NCBI GenBank assembly: GCA_964016885.1
Contig: OZ024742.1
Span: forward strand, 119,102,001-119,166,000
DNA from: Eledone cirrhosa
Lineage: Eukaryota
Length of the DNA: 64,000 nucleotides
Direction: 5' to 3'
Below the pieces are notes generated by a model that worked only from the letters and a program-made list of their open reading frames with translations, was not told the DNA's origin and did not search any database. The position numbers and the translations under genes are program-made. This document shows, in pieces, positions 48,179-62,280 of the stretch (within the stretch, counting starts at the first letter, position 1; every line of letters starts with the position of its first letter).

Positions 48179-48239
<61 letters not shown>

Positions 48240-48266
48240 TTTATATATATATATATATATATATAT

Positions 48267-48370
<104 letters not shown>

Positions 48371-48696
48371 CACCTAAATATATTCTTACATGAATATATG
48401 TTAGGCTTCTACATAAACTGGAAACATTCTCCTAATTTGTAGAAAACTTATAATGAAATAATTGTTTGGAAAGAGAGATATATTTTAACTTTAATTATAT
48501 CTCATAAAATAATACAACTGGCTTTCCACATAATACATATAGTTAGCACCCCAAACACTTAAATTGGGTTTATACTAACATATAACCTAATGTTTGTTGA
48601 GTGAGACGGTTGCCAGTCAGAGTTTAGCTTTAAGCTATCTCTGTTATTGTATTAAATATATATATATATATACTTTATATATATATTTATATATAT

Positions 48697-48777
<81 letters not shown>

Positions 48778-49039
48778 TAATGTTATTGCTACATACTCAT
48801 AAACATCCTAGATTGCATCCCCCAAAAGGCTGAGTGACAGATTCACGCACCAACACACTATAACCACTATTTGATAGACATTACGTGTCTCTTCGTCTGT
48901 TAGAACAACGGGTTACGTGAACAACAAACAAGGTACAAATGCGTATAATCAACAATACAATCTATTTTATTATTAATTTCTTACATTGATACAATTTTAT
49001 AAAGTTATTGCGGTGAGAGATAACCTATTGATCGCCTCA

Positions 49040-49380
49040 ATCGTTTTACAGACCATCTTCTCGTTCCGCGGTGGCAAACCCCTCGCAACCTGGTGCTGTC
49101 TGCGACTAACCCAGGTACTGCTGCACGTCGGGTTGAGGAGGTCAAACTCTCCAAGTACCGGTCGCTCTCCGACAGGTTTGCAGTCGTTCCCTTGACAGTG
49201 GAGACTTCCGCTGTCTTTGCTCCTAGGGCTACCTCCCTACTCACCACAATAGGCGCTGAGCTGGCCAGCCTCAGTTGTGAACCTCGTGAGTTGGAATGGC
49301 TTTTCCAGCGCATCTCCCTTACCATCCTCCGAGGAAACCCCCTCTCCATTGTGTCGCCGGGCTGTGGGGAGGCCAGCACG
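49040..49380 (+). mobile_element. CRE-clade-like non-LTR element 3' fragment (RLE C-terminus)
   Basis: GTAARRVEEVKLSKYRSL...VPLTVETS...WLFQRISLTILRGN. Confidence 0.72.
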
Positions 49381-49648
49381 TGGGACCCCATTTGCCTACC
49401 ATACAGAGAAATGGGAAGGGCGAGAGAGATGGAGGCGATGACAGTGGGAGTTCGGCTCTTCCACGTTCGGACCATATCCTTGTAGTTGTGCTCATTATCT
49501 ATAGAGTTCATGGTGTAGAAATTTCACAATTGTGAGTCCAATTCCCTAATCACCTATCCAAAAAGGACCCTGGCTCATTTTCAATAGCTATTATCTACTA
49601 CCTTAACCTATTCAGTAAATTATTGGTATCAATGTTATTGACCAACAA

Positions 49649-49840
49649 GTGTGGTGGATTTGCAGAATTAGTAGAGCACTGAACAAAATTTCATTACGGT
49701 ATTTATTCTGGCTCTTTACATTCGAAGTTTAAATAACGATGGTGTCGATAAAATAAAGTACCAGTCAAGTACAGGGGTTGATTCAATCAACTTTGTCCCC
49801 CCCCCCCCACACACACCTAAATTTGCTGGCCTTGTGCTTA
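49649..49840 (+). mobile_element. Degraded tRNA-derived SINE
   Basis: Similar to 56083-56275: GTCGATAAAATAAAGTACCAGT...TTGCTGGCCTTGTGC. Confidence 0.7.
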
Positions 49841-49944
49841 AATTAGCAACCAATCTTTTTTAACAACATGACAATGAAAAGCAAATTTAATCCCTACAGG
49901 ATTTGAAGTTAGAGAGTATCTGAATGTTGAAACACCCTTTTCCA

Positions 49945-50185
49945 GCATTACAGATGTTACGGGCAAAAGCAACTGGCAAGAGACCCAGAGGTAGACCCCG
50001 AGCAAGATGGTTGGATAACATTCATGAGCTTGACTGGTCACGCCGGCGAATCCAGCGAGATCAGTTGGAGACGGTTGCTTCTGACAGGACCCGCTGGAAG
50101 GAGTGCTTGAGGACTCTGTCCCAACGACCCTCTCAGGAATACGCGGGAGAAGAAGGAGAAGGAGAAGAAAAGAAAGAAGAAGTAG
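49945..50185 (+). mobile_element. RTE-clade LINE extreme 3' end with (GAA)n-like tail
   Basis: GKRPRGRPRARWLDNI...VASDRTRWKECL, then a GAAGAAGGAGAA tail. Confidence 0.75.
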
Positions 50186-50884
50186 ATTTAATGAATCTGT
50201 TATTTACGGATCTTACGATTGCTCTTATACATTTTAAATGGCATCACAATATACTTACATGAATAACGTATTGTCCGTGAGCTACGGATTGAAAATATCT
50301 GTTTTATAGGATAAATATTTATTTAAGAAGAGAAATTACTGGAAGCCCACAAATTGTTATCGTGTAGTAAATCACGTTCTCGTATTTAGTAGCTACTACG
50401 TGGGGGGGAAATAACATAAAAAAATGTCACAGATTTTGGTCTGAAACAGCCATTAGAAATGTTACTTTACGGCACACCCACGTTTACGTCATTGTTACAG
50501 CGTGAATGAATGAAGCACTCCTCGACTCAAGCTTGACCTACTGACGTAGACATGATATATTTAACTAGTTTAAAGCAAACAGCCTTAAGACTGACAATGG
50601 GGGTATTTTGTGACGTGTATGTGCATGTGTCTATGTATATGTTTGTGAGTTGTGAGTGCGCGCGCGCGCGCGTGCGTGTGTGTGAGTTTGAGTGCATGCG
50701 CTGTTAGTGTTTTATTATATATTCTTAATCTCGAATTAGGGAACAATTTCATATGACTATGCATCGTTAGTGTATAGCAGCTTAAGAGCATTAAACAGAT
50801 TATGCAGCGTATCACGATAAAGAAGTAAAAGAAGAAATATATATACATAAACGTTTAAGAAATATGACCCTACATATCTGAGTT

Positions 50885-52200
<1,316 letters not shown>

Positions 52201-52764
52201 GAGTTTGAGTGGAAAGTAACTGCTGTAATGCAATATTTACATTTCAGTCTTGGCAATGGGAATGGAAATTTTTTTTGTATTTTTCGGCTTTTTCCCGTTT
52301 AATATAGAGGGCATTGCATTTATTTATTTATTTCTAGTAACAGATAATTGAGTCCAATCCAGAGGGAGAATGCTTGTTCCATAGAAGTGAGGGAGGTATT
52401 AGAAACAAGTTCTCCTGGCAAGTGTAAATTACAGGTCATAGCAAGTACATTGTAGCATGACACTACCCAGAAGATGATGAAATCAGCATTCATTAAAAGT
52501 TTAACAGTTGGAAAGTAAATCAAGAATGAAAAAAGAAAAAAAAGAAAAAGAATGAAAAAAAAAAAAAAAAACAAGAAAAAAGAAATAAAATGACAGCTGT
52601 AACTTAAATATTCTTTGTTTGAAGACATACTAGTGTCTCCTCTACCCAGTGAATAAGTGGATCAGTAGGCCTTTTCACTTTAGTTTCACAGTCATATCAG
52701 GAGACATTCTTAAAACTGTTGCCTATAGAATTTATAAATAGATATCTTAAGTCAACGAGGGAAC

Positions 52765-52945
52765 CCCTACTCAGTCGTTCATAGCGCTAGAAATATCAGC
52801 CAAATTCCCTTCGAATCATGCTCTACTAGCATAACTAAAGGAAGGATATGTTTTATTTAATAATGTAATCTTAGATATTAGCATACCTGCAAAAAAGATG
52901 GGGTGGTTATGACTGGAGAGCCTTATGGCATCGGTGATCAGGTGC

Positions 52946-53013
<68 letters not shown>

Positions 53014-53030
53014 AACAACAATAGTAGCAA
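52765..53030 (+). mobile_element. Short retroposon-like repeat with (AAC)n tail; degraded relative at ~17817-18003
   Basis: CAGTCGTTC...GCTAAAC(AAC)n; similar CAGTCATTC...CTAAACAA unit near 17.9 kb. Confidence 0.45.
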
Positions 53031-53739
53031 CAAATAGATATTTAAATAAGACCACCACACACAAGAAAATGATTTCCCATTCAGGTTACCAAATTAAAGT
53101 TTCTTTAAACCAATTAAGTGTGGAAAAGAGTTACCCTTTGTGACATTTATCTACCCTACACAACTGTGTAAGCAACAAATAAGCCTGTAAAAGTAAGGGA
53201 AATAACTCCATAGTTATACTGCAAAAATCTGTCATTGGCTCACTTGAGTTATCTTCCGTTAACTTTTAGCAAATTATACTGGCCTAAAATCTTTACAATT
53301 CTATTTTTAATTTTAAAAATCTAAACATCCACTGATCAAAGCGACATTTGTGAAGACTATGTTTCGCTGGTGAGGTCTAATATCACCCACATATGTCCAT
53401 AACTGCCACATCGTCTGTCAACAAAGATCAAGTTTTCTTTCTAAGCATGAAAATTGAATTATTGAAACTAATTGATTGAAATAATCTCCCCATTCCATCG
53501 AAAATCACTAACAATCGTTACTTTTTGCATGTTATTTAATACAAGTTATTTCCCATAACTTACTTTTGTGAAAAGAAAAATATATATAGTTACGTCTTCA
53601 AAGAAACTACGTTGCAAACAGTTGGGAAAATTACATTGAGTGAATATTTTATTCCCATAGGAAATTAAAAAAACCCATCATAATTAATATATATATAATG
53701 TGACAGTTAAAAATTATTCAACATTGAACTCAAGGTGTG

Positions 53740-53970
53740 CTCAAACATCGCTGCCTCAAAGATACGGTCCCGTACGATGTAGGGGAGCGTTCTCTGATGT
53801 GCAGGACGCCTAGCGCTAGCGGCCTCATGGTCTCAGCGGACAGAATGGAGAAAGCGATACTACAGAGGGTAGTGAGGTAAACGCAAGGTTCACTTTTGCG
53901 AATGGCCAACCTCGCCCAGAATGCAATGAGCAGGGAGGTGGTCCAGCGAGACGAATACTGCAAAGCATTC
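53740..53970 (-). mobile_element. Second, more degraded CRE-like 3' fragment
   Basis: Reverse complement aligns by eye with 49205-49380 (ACCTCCCTGCTCA, TGGCCA, GTGAACCT, CTCCATT.TGTC). Confidence 0.55.
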
Positions 53971-55053
53971 TATTCGACGATCTAACGACTCTGCCAATTT
54001 ACTGAAGTTTATAGTTAGTGAATATAAACGAATTCTAACAATGAAGTATGTAACTAAGTATGGATTTTACTAACCACAAGAGGATGAAATGCGAAGCCAA
54101 TTGTCATGGAATGTGAGCTCGAAATGTAGACGGAGGAAATTAGTTTTATCAAGCGTTCTAGATTTTTTTTTAAGATTAGCTACATTCGATTCATGAAATG
54201 TTCGGTCTTTTAATACATTCAAATTTTATATCGTAGAATGCATTGAAATATATTACTGTAACATTTGTACCTCATCTTTATTTCGCCTTTTGATTCAAGA
54301 TACTTAACTCTTATTGCTTAACGTTTTATGTCTAATTAAACTACTCGTGTCTTTGAATAATTACTCTTGTCTACCAGAGAAAATCAGTTGGGCACACACG
54401 GTGTTTATATACACCAGGAATCCACTTAGGAATTCAATTATGGACCATGTGTCATACCATATTACAAGTAGTTATAAGTGACTGAAGCAGTAACGCAATG
54501 GACGAAATACCTTACAGTATTTATCGTTGTTTACATATGTTCTGAGTTCAAATACCAATGAGGTCCGGAGTACAGCAAGGGAAACGCGTTGGAATGGTCA
54601 TTCCAATTCGCGGGGTTCACTCCTGTGGGTGGCCAATCCTCCTGTTAGTAGTCATTAGGGAGGTAGTACGGTGACCAAGAATGCTGGAGGTCTCTGCTGT
54701 TACAGGTTGAACGACAAATCTATCGGAAAGCAGACGATACCTCATATTGCGACCTTCATCTAGATGGGCAACGAAACCTGACGCTGGAGAAAGTGTCGCT
54801 GTATGTTGCGTTCCGAGAAGATCGTGATGTCGTCTAGCCTTTTGCCATCATCTCGGTCCAATCTCACTTTTCGATCTGTGAAGTGAAGCCAGCGACGTCT
54901 ACGTCATGCTTACTATGAAACAAATATGACCACGGGAAAGGTAAAAAACTACAGCATATAAACTTACTAAATAACACTGAAACGCCGTAACACCCATTGT
55001 TGTGATATACACTTACATAGTTATGTAGGTCTTTCTCTCTTTCTCTCTCTCTT

Positions 55054-55123
<70 letters not shown>

Positions 55124-55674
55124 CAAAAAGTAACAAAAATAACAAAACAAACGGCACAGGATATGGAAGATTTATAATAGTTTAACGCTTGAAATAGCAG
55201 GAAGATATATATGTATATAATTGCGTCAAGCACACTCACACATACACATGCTCATGTACACACACACACCCATACACACACATACACACAAAACGCTTGC
55301 TTATGAATGGTGAGAAGGAAAAAGACGAGTCATGGAATGTTTATACAAATATTTCAAAGGTAACATAAATAGAAGGTGCGGTTGATATAAGCGATTTTAT
55401 TGGTTACATCTCTTCTTACCCATAATTTCACACGGTATAAGTATGAAATAAATATAAATAGAAATATAACACCTTTAAATTAAACCAACCATTTCTTAAG
55501 ACTATGAATATATTGCATCATCTTTTTTTTTTGCTTTCAGAATGCGATTCACATAGTTGTTAGGCTGTCAGTTCACAATTCAGAAAATCAAATTAAAATA
55601 CATTTTTGTTTAACTCCTTTAAAAAAAAAGGAGTGATGCAATTATAACGCGGCAAATAAAAAAAAAACGCTAGA

Positions 55675-55752
<78 letters not shown>

Positions 55753-55912
55753 GAGAGAGACAGCACCACCACCACCACCACCACCTTGGTTAGATAGCCA
55801 TATGTTTTCATTTTATTTTATGACACTTTACTTAAGAAAGTAAAATAATATGCCTTGCCTTACAACACAATACAGTAAGATCAATTAATTGTTGAGAAAT
55901 AAACATTTTCAG

Positions 55913-56048
55913 ATAACCAGTTTATGTAGTCTAGGCATTCCTTATCTGGGATTCTTGATTGTGACATTTGGATTGGGCAGTCTTTTTGCAGACACAATCA
56001 GTAGCCGAATTCAGAAGGTTGGAGGTAGAATATTAACTGGAATAGCTG
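55913..56048 (+). CDS. Probable internal exon of an UNC-93-like MFS membrane protein gene
   Basis: TTTTCAG acceptor, G|GTAAGT donor; 136 nt open reading ITSLCSLGIPYLGFLIVTFGLGSLFADTISSRIQKVGGRILTGIA, resembling the UNC-93 C.LGI...G.....F....GR segment. Confidence 0.55.
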
Positions 56049-56082
56049 GTAAGTATCTTACTTTACATTATTATCAAATACT

Positions 56083-56275
56083 GGTGGAATGGCAATATCA
56101 GTAGAGCGTCAGACACCATGCTTTGCAGTATAGAGGTATTGCCCTTTACATAATGAGTTCAAATCCCGCCGAGGTTAACTTTGCCTTTCATCCTTACGGG
56201 GTCGATAAAATAAAGCACCAGTAATGCACTGGAGTTATTGCTGGCCTTGTGCCAAAAGTAGAAACAATTATTATC
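56083..56275 (+). mobile_element. tRNA-derived SINE, octopus-like, with Meta-domain-like core
   Basis: A-box-like TGGCAATATCAG, B-box GAGTTCAAATCC, core GCCTTTCATCCTTACGGGGTCGATAAAATAAAGCACCAG. Confidence 0.78.
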
Positions 56276-56860
56276 AAATACTAAATTATATTCATATCTG
56301 AAATAGTGTAATGTAAATTTAAATTACCAGATGAAATTGTATTAGCAGAGCGTTCTTGAAAAGTCTAAAACAGCATTATACTACATCATATTAAAAATCG
56401 AAGTCCTTGTACCATTATCAGGACTGCCTTATTACATGGGCACACTGGGCATTTGTCAGGCATTTTATGGGTCCATTATTCAATGTGAAAAATAAAAGTC
56501 AATATACTCATTGTTTTTGTTGACTTTCTCACAATATTTTCAATTCAGATGATGACCCGGTACAAACATATCTCTAAAGGTGTGCTCGGCAACGAAGGGC
56601 TCTTTTGCTAGTAAGTGTATAATATAATTACTTTATTGTCTACTGAGAATATAATAATAAATGATATATTTCTAAAGCTATCGTCACATATTGCTTTATT
56701 GTATGTGTTCTACATGGAAATATATTTATATATTGTCATATATGTGTTTTGTATGAACATATATTTGTATATTTATTGTTACCTGTTTATACCTAAGTCG
56801 CGCACACATTGTCTTCTCTCTTGATTAGTCTGTCTGTCTATCTATCTGTCTATCTATCTG

Positions 56861-58611
56861 CCGATCCATTCGACAGGGATTCCCTCTATCATCCCTTCTG
56901 TACGTATTGACTCTCGAGCCATTACTGCGGAAGTTGGAGCTATTGCAGGGCATCCCTCTGGAACCGGGACTGCGGAAAGCGGCGTCGGCCTACGCCGACG
57001 ACGTGACAGTAATGGTGTCGAGCGCCTCGCAAATCGAGGAAGTCGGCACCTTACTGAAGGAATACGAAAATTTCACAGGAGCGAAGCTGAACCGGGACAA
57101 GTCCATCGGTTTGCAACTCGGATGGTGGAGAGGCAAACCGATGCCTTCCGATGGAGTCGTCGGACGCTGGACGGAAGGACCAGTAAAGCTGCTCGGGGTC
57201 TGGTTTGGTCCGGACCTCCAGGTGGAGAAGAACTGGAACGAGGTGTCGGCCAAGGTGTTTGCACTCACCCAAAAGTGGGCCGAGTGCAAACTATCCTTGA
57301 AAGGTCGAGCGGAGGTGGCGAACACTTTTATAGCGTCCGCCATCTACTACCGCTTGACCATCGTGCCTTGTCCATCCAAAAAGCTCGCCAAAATGGAGCG
57401 CGCGCTCTTCCAATTCCTTTGGAAGAGGCGGGCTCCTATGGCGAGAAGATCCATCTGCTGCCAACGCCCTTCCAACAGAGGGCTGGGGATGCCGTAGCTG
57501 ACGATGCGCAAACACGCGCTCAGGCTGCGGCATCTCTACGTATTCCTCACCGGACAACCGGTGTGGGCCCCGTTCGTGAGGCGAGCCTTCCCACGACTCG
57601 TCTCGCTAACCGAGCTGCAATCCTGGGTCAAGCAAAGACCGAGGAAAATGGGCGACTGGCACATCGAATGTGCTCAGGCGCTCACAGCCCTCTGGCAGGC
57701 GGACCCGGCGATCAGTGGAGACTCCACTTCGTCATTCTATAGAGGGCTGATCCGCAGCAAGTGCGACGACGTGCTCAGTGAAACTCTGGGCGTAGAGGAA
57801 GACGAACTGGCCAGTCTGTTCGGTAGGACCTTCCGCCCGGGACCGATGGACAACTTCCAAAAGTCCCTGGCCTGGCAGTGTTACCGAGGAGCTCTACCAG
57901 TTCGAGACAAGCTCTACAGACATGGGCGCCCGGGCAGGGACCCTGCAAAAAAAAGATCTGTCTGAGGTGCGTGCGAGACGAAGAAACCGTCGCGCACGCA
58001 TTCATACACTGCCCGGGCGTCACCGACCTGTGGGACTATGTAGAACGACTATTGTCGCGGGTGGGACCAATCCGGTTGACCACCGAGTCCATTGTCATGA
58101 TCAAACCGCCTCCTTAAAAAACGAAGGAGAGGCGGTTTTCCTTTGTGTGATAGTTATGGCGAAAGAGGTTGTATGGTGGACAAGGTTGAAAAGGCTGAGG
58201 TCAGACACCTTTCTCTCCGGCCAACAACTGATTCTTTTTTTCAAATACCACTTTGGAAGAAGAATCAGGATGGAGAGAGAGGTGCTGTACCCCAACAAGT
58301 TTTATAAAAGGTGGGTGAAAGTTGCGAGAATGGCCCGAGTGAATGGGCCTTCTCTCTATATCAGCCTGTAGGTTGATGAAAAAGAGGAGGAGAGGAAAGG
58401 AGTACAAACTCTTCGTACTCCTGGAGATGAGGGTTGCATATTTCTTTTCGGGGGTATGTGTTACCCATATGAAATGTCTCCCCCTATTGGGGAAAATCGA
58501 CTAATTTTTAAATTACATTTGTGATAATATTTTACACGTTTTTATTGTATGTAAACTTCCCCCTTTGTATTTGTCCCCTTCTTTTGTGCCCCTGTGGCTA
58601 ATAAAGAAACA
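56861..58611 (+). mobile_element. Tx1-clade element, diverged copy C, 5'-truncated in RT, inserted in (TCTG/TCTA)n
   Basis: RSIRQGFPLS, AYADD, PVKLLGVWFGPDLQ, DNFQKSLAWQCYRGALPVRD; ends AATAAAGAAACA; 16/18 direct repeat at 56843-56860 and 58612-58629. Confidence 0.9.
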
Positions 58612-60850
58612 TATCTGTCTCTCTGTCTGTATGTCTATAAATATATGTAGATATATACACGCATACACAAACTCACATACACAAATTTACATACAAACAC
58701 ACACACACACACATCGTTTAGTCGAACAATCTTAGAAACAGAAAATGGCAATCAGTCATGGTCAGTTTTTAACCAGTATCATCCACAACAGGAAACAATG
58801 ATTATTCACACCAACTTCTTCCTAAGAATCAATAAAACCACGACCACCCGCTTCTAATTCCTTTGCAGACACAATTTTTTAGCCGACTATTTTAGAAATC
58901 GATAAGTGCCCAGCTGAGATAAACCCGGTATTTGGAAAAAATAAAACAATCCCATTGCAAACGCTTTAGATTACTATTAATAAAAAAAGAAAACAATCTT
59001 AATATACAGAGACTTTCTAAAAAACGGTGGGCGACATATCCGAAGCATTTACTTGGGTTATTCATCCCATGCATTAGTGTTTGTTTGTTTTTGCAATAAA
59101 AGAGACAAAACTCCAACTTATGTATATAAAACACAGTAAACATAATTCCATTTACAAGAAATAGCTTTTAGACTAATTCTCTCTTATGTACACATATATA
59201 CACCAGGTCCGAACACAAAAGGATCAAACTCCCACTGTCACTGCCTCCGTCCATCACGTTCTCCCCATCTCTCGCTATTGTGAGCAAGGCCACCAAATAA
59301 CTCTGTTTATTTTACTTTCAGTGCTGGAGTGCAGCTTCGTTACATAATCTGTGAACTATAATATTCAGACATACTTTTACGTTATTGCATAAGGAATGTT
59401 GTTTTGATTGTACAGGAAAACTGATATATTTATAGGAAGAGAGAAGGAAAATGGGAATCTATCTTTACGATATTTGCATGGGTGTTAGCGACATCATATC
59501 ATCTACGTTCTATAAATATGAATACAAAAGTTACACCTTTACATAGAACCAACACAAACACGCGCGCGCGCACACACATGGCTAGACACATACACATACA
59601 TACATATAAATACACACAAATATATTAGTTTCTATTAAATGAAAGTTACATATGTCGGTACTTTTCTGTTTGTGTGTATATGTGTAAGTATTTTTAGTCT
59701 GAACAAAGTTCATAGATGAAACCATCACTACTCCTACGCCGCCCTCTCATCACACACATATGTATATACAATGGCAGCAGAACATGTAGACAGGAAAATG
59801 GTTACGTACTACGAACAGACAACTCTATCTCTAACTTCTCAGTCATCATCTTGTGCGCATTAAGTTGGGATTGCACTTGTAATGCTTGTTTGCACAACTG
59901 ATTGGAGAACCGTTCTGTTTAGTAAGATTCGTGGAAGATAATGTCACAACAAAGAAGGAACAGGAAAATTTACAAGTGTCGTTCGATAAAAACAGAGCTA
60001 TTAAAATAATAAAATATAGTTTGCTTGAAGTATTGTATATAATATATAATGTGGAAAGTGATATAAGGCTAACCAATGCAAAATGAACGATAAGATGAAG
60101 GTAACATTACGAGTAGAAATGAATAAGCAACAGACATGTCACTGAATTAAGACAAAATACATTGTAAAATGTACAACAGGTTAATGCTGGAAAGATGGAA
60201 AAATTTAGATTTTCATCAAAAGAATGTCGTTGGCGGAACCTAACAAAAATAGACCTGCAACAGGTAAAACTCCAGCATACGAGGGTGGATTGAAATATTC
60301 ATAGGCTGACTGTGAAATCTCGTATGCATTAATTTCAACTTTTCTTATTAACAGCCGCATTGTTTCTTTCCAGGGACTATGACAGAGTGATGCTAGAGCT
60401 TTGAAATCTTGCATGCATTAATTGCAACTTTTCTTATTAATAATTGCATTGTTTCTTTCCGGGGATTATGTTGAAAAATAAACTTCATCTGGTCATTCCA
60501 TGACAGTATCTTGGCCAGCCTATGAACTTTTCAGGCGACCCTCGGAATTAGGAATGGTTGTCTAGTTATGTAATTCAAGGTGCTGGGGACTTGAATTGCT
60601 TTCAGAATAAAGGTAATCTTGTTATGAGGAAAATGGTTAAATGAGGAATTTATCTCTTATTCTCTTTTGAAGTTTTATTTATTTTTTTCGTTATTTATAT
60701 ATATTGTATTATATTATCCCCCCCCCCTGTATATATATATATATATATATACATGCGGAGGAGAGTCTTAAAGTCATTTCACCCCCTTCTCTTTCTCTCT
60801 CTCTCACACACACATACACACACTGCACACACACAGATGCACTCAGTCGA

Positions 60851-60939
60851 GTATGGAACGTAACACCGTGTCTTCATATTTATTAACACACAGGCGCACA
60901 CACACATACACACACACACACAGCAACACGCACATACAC

Positions 60940-60990
<51 letters not shown>

Positions 60991-61077
60991 TGTGTAAGTG
61001 TGTGTTGTTGTTGTGTGTGTATGTGTGTGCGCGCCTGTGTGTTAATAAATATGAAGACACGGTGTTACGTTCCATAC
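60851..61077. repeat. Inverted repeat centred on (TA)n, with perfect 47 bp outer arms
   Basis: 60851-60897 is the exact reverse complement of 61031-61077. Confidence 0.92.
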
Positions 61078-61460
61078 TTTAATATAACGACTGCTATGTA
61101 CATTTCAGAGTCGTCAGACGGTTGTTATGTAAGAATAACATAAGTCGGCGTCTCATCGAAGACCGAAGGATGAAGGTTGTTGAGTGTCCAAAACTTTACA
61201 CCAAAAGTTTACACCTTAGTTCGATGATTGTGGTTATAAGATAGAACGCTGACATGTGAGACAAACCATACCCCCCCCCCCCATCTCAATTTTACTTTTG
61301 AAAAGCATAAGAACTGTGAAACCGCTAAAGGAAATAAATAAATATTCTTAAAAAACTCCAGTTGCATTTTCAATTTCTTTCCTTATATATATATATATAT
61401 TCATATATATATGCATATATATATGCATATATATATGCATATATATATGCATATATATAT

Positions 61461-61720
61461 GCAAAAAGTAAACAGAAATAATAAAAATAACAAAACAAAC
61501 GGCAGAGTACGCGAAAGAACTATATTAGTTTAACGGTTGAAATAGCAAGAAGAGTGTCTCAATGTTTCGGACACTAGCCCTTCATCTGAAGATAGAGTTA
61601 GAAATAGAAGATAAATAGAAAGTAAAGAGTAATGAGAGAAAGAAATGGGGAAAAATGCGAAAAAAAATCACGCGAGTATTCAGTCGCGTGGTGTGACCGT
61701 GAGGGTCTGAAAACGCTGAT
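61461..61720 (-). mobile_element. PLE pLTR fragment with degenerate hammerhead; shorter homolog at 55123-55205
   Basis: Minus strand CAGATGA-A-GGGC-TAGT-GTCC-GAAAC-ATTG (61560-61588); both copies abut (TA)n and share AATAACAAAACAAACGGCA...TAGTTTAACG.TTGAAATAGCA. Confidence 0.6.
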
Positions 61721-61941
61721 ATATATATATATTATATATGTAACCTAATATATTCCTTCCTTATACTGTACCGATTGTGTTGTTATTTCTGTTTACCTTT
61801 TAAATACACACACACACATATATATGTGTGTCTGTGTGTATATATATATATATATTATATGTATATATATATTATAAATATAAAAAAGAATATATATAAA
61901 TATATATATATATTTATATATATATGAATTCAAATTTTTCC

Positions 61942-61989
<48 letters not shown>

Positions 61990-62200
61990 TATTTTTAGAT
62001 CCATTCTCACGGTCACACCACCATGGGTGTTGTTGGTTTATTTTTGCAATCTATTTTTACTCTGGGCATGTGTGTTTTATGTTGTTATACGCTGTATTTG
62101 TTTTGCTATTACTTTGTAGTTTTCCTACTGGAATTTGAAATGACCGTTAGAGTCACACATCATATGTCACGTGTTCACGATGTTTTTATGGTGTTCATAT

Positions 62201-62280
62201 GGCTAGTACTATACTGAACTACCTCCCCGTGGTGCCAGCTGGGTGGTCTAAGATTACTCCTAGACCAGCGAAAAGTTCGG
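62201..62280 (+). ncRNA. HDV-like self-cleaving ribozyme
   Basis: P1 GGCTAGT/GCCAGCT (one A-C mismatch); P2 CTGAACT/AGTTCGG; P3 ACC/GGT; L3 TCCCCGT; P1.1 GG 62241-62242; P4 TGGTCTA/TAGACCA; J4/2 GCGAAA with C62269. Confidence 0.88.

Larger units (their letters stand above)
46479..48180 (-). mobile_element. Naiad-like PLE: GIY-YIG fragment + pLTR, with an inverted pLTR copy at the 5' end, embedded in (TA)n
   Basis: ~490 bp inverted repeat (46479-46967 vs 47555-48042) around the GIY-YIG ORF; long (TA)n tracts on both sides. Confidence 0.88.

Noticed and set aside
52240-52520. Possible upstream UNC-93-like exon after a TTTCAG acceptor
   Set aside because: The frames examined contain stops, and the similarity is limited to Phe-rich low complexity.
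54565-54900. GC-richer island after a SINE head, with an ACCTCCCT motif on the minus strand
   Set aside because: Could not assemble a ribozyme fold or protein motif; probably an old TE UTR fragment, unassignable.
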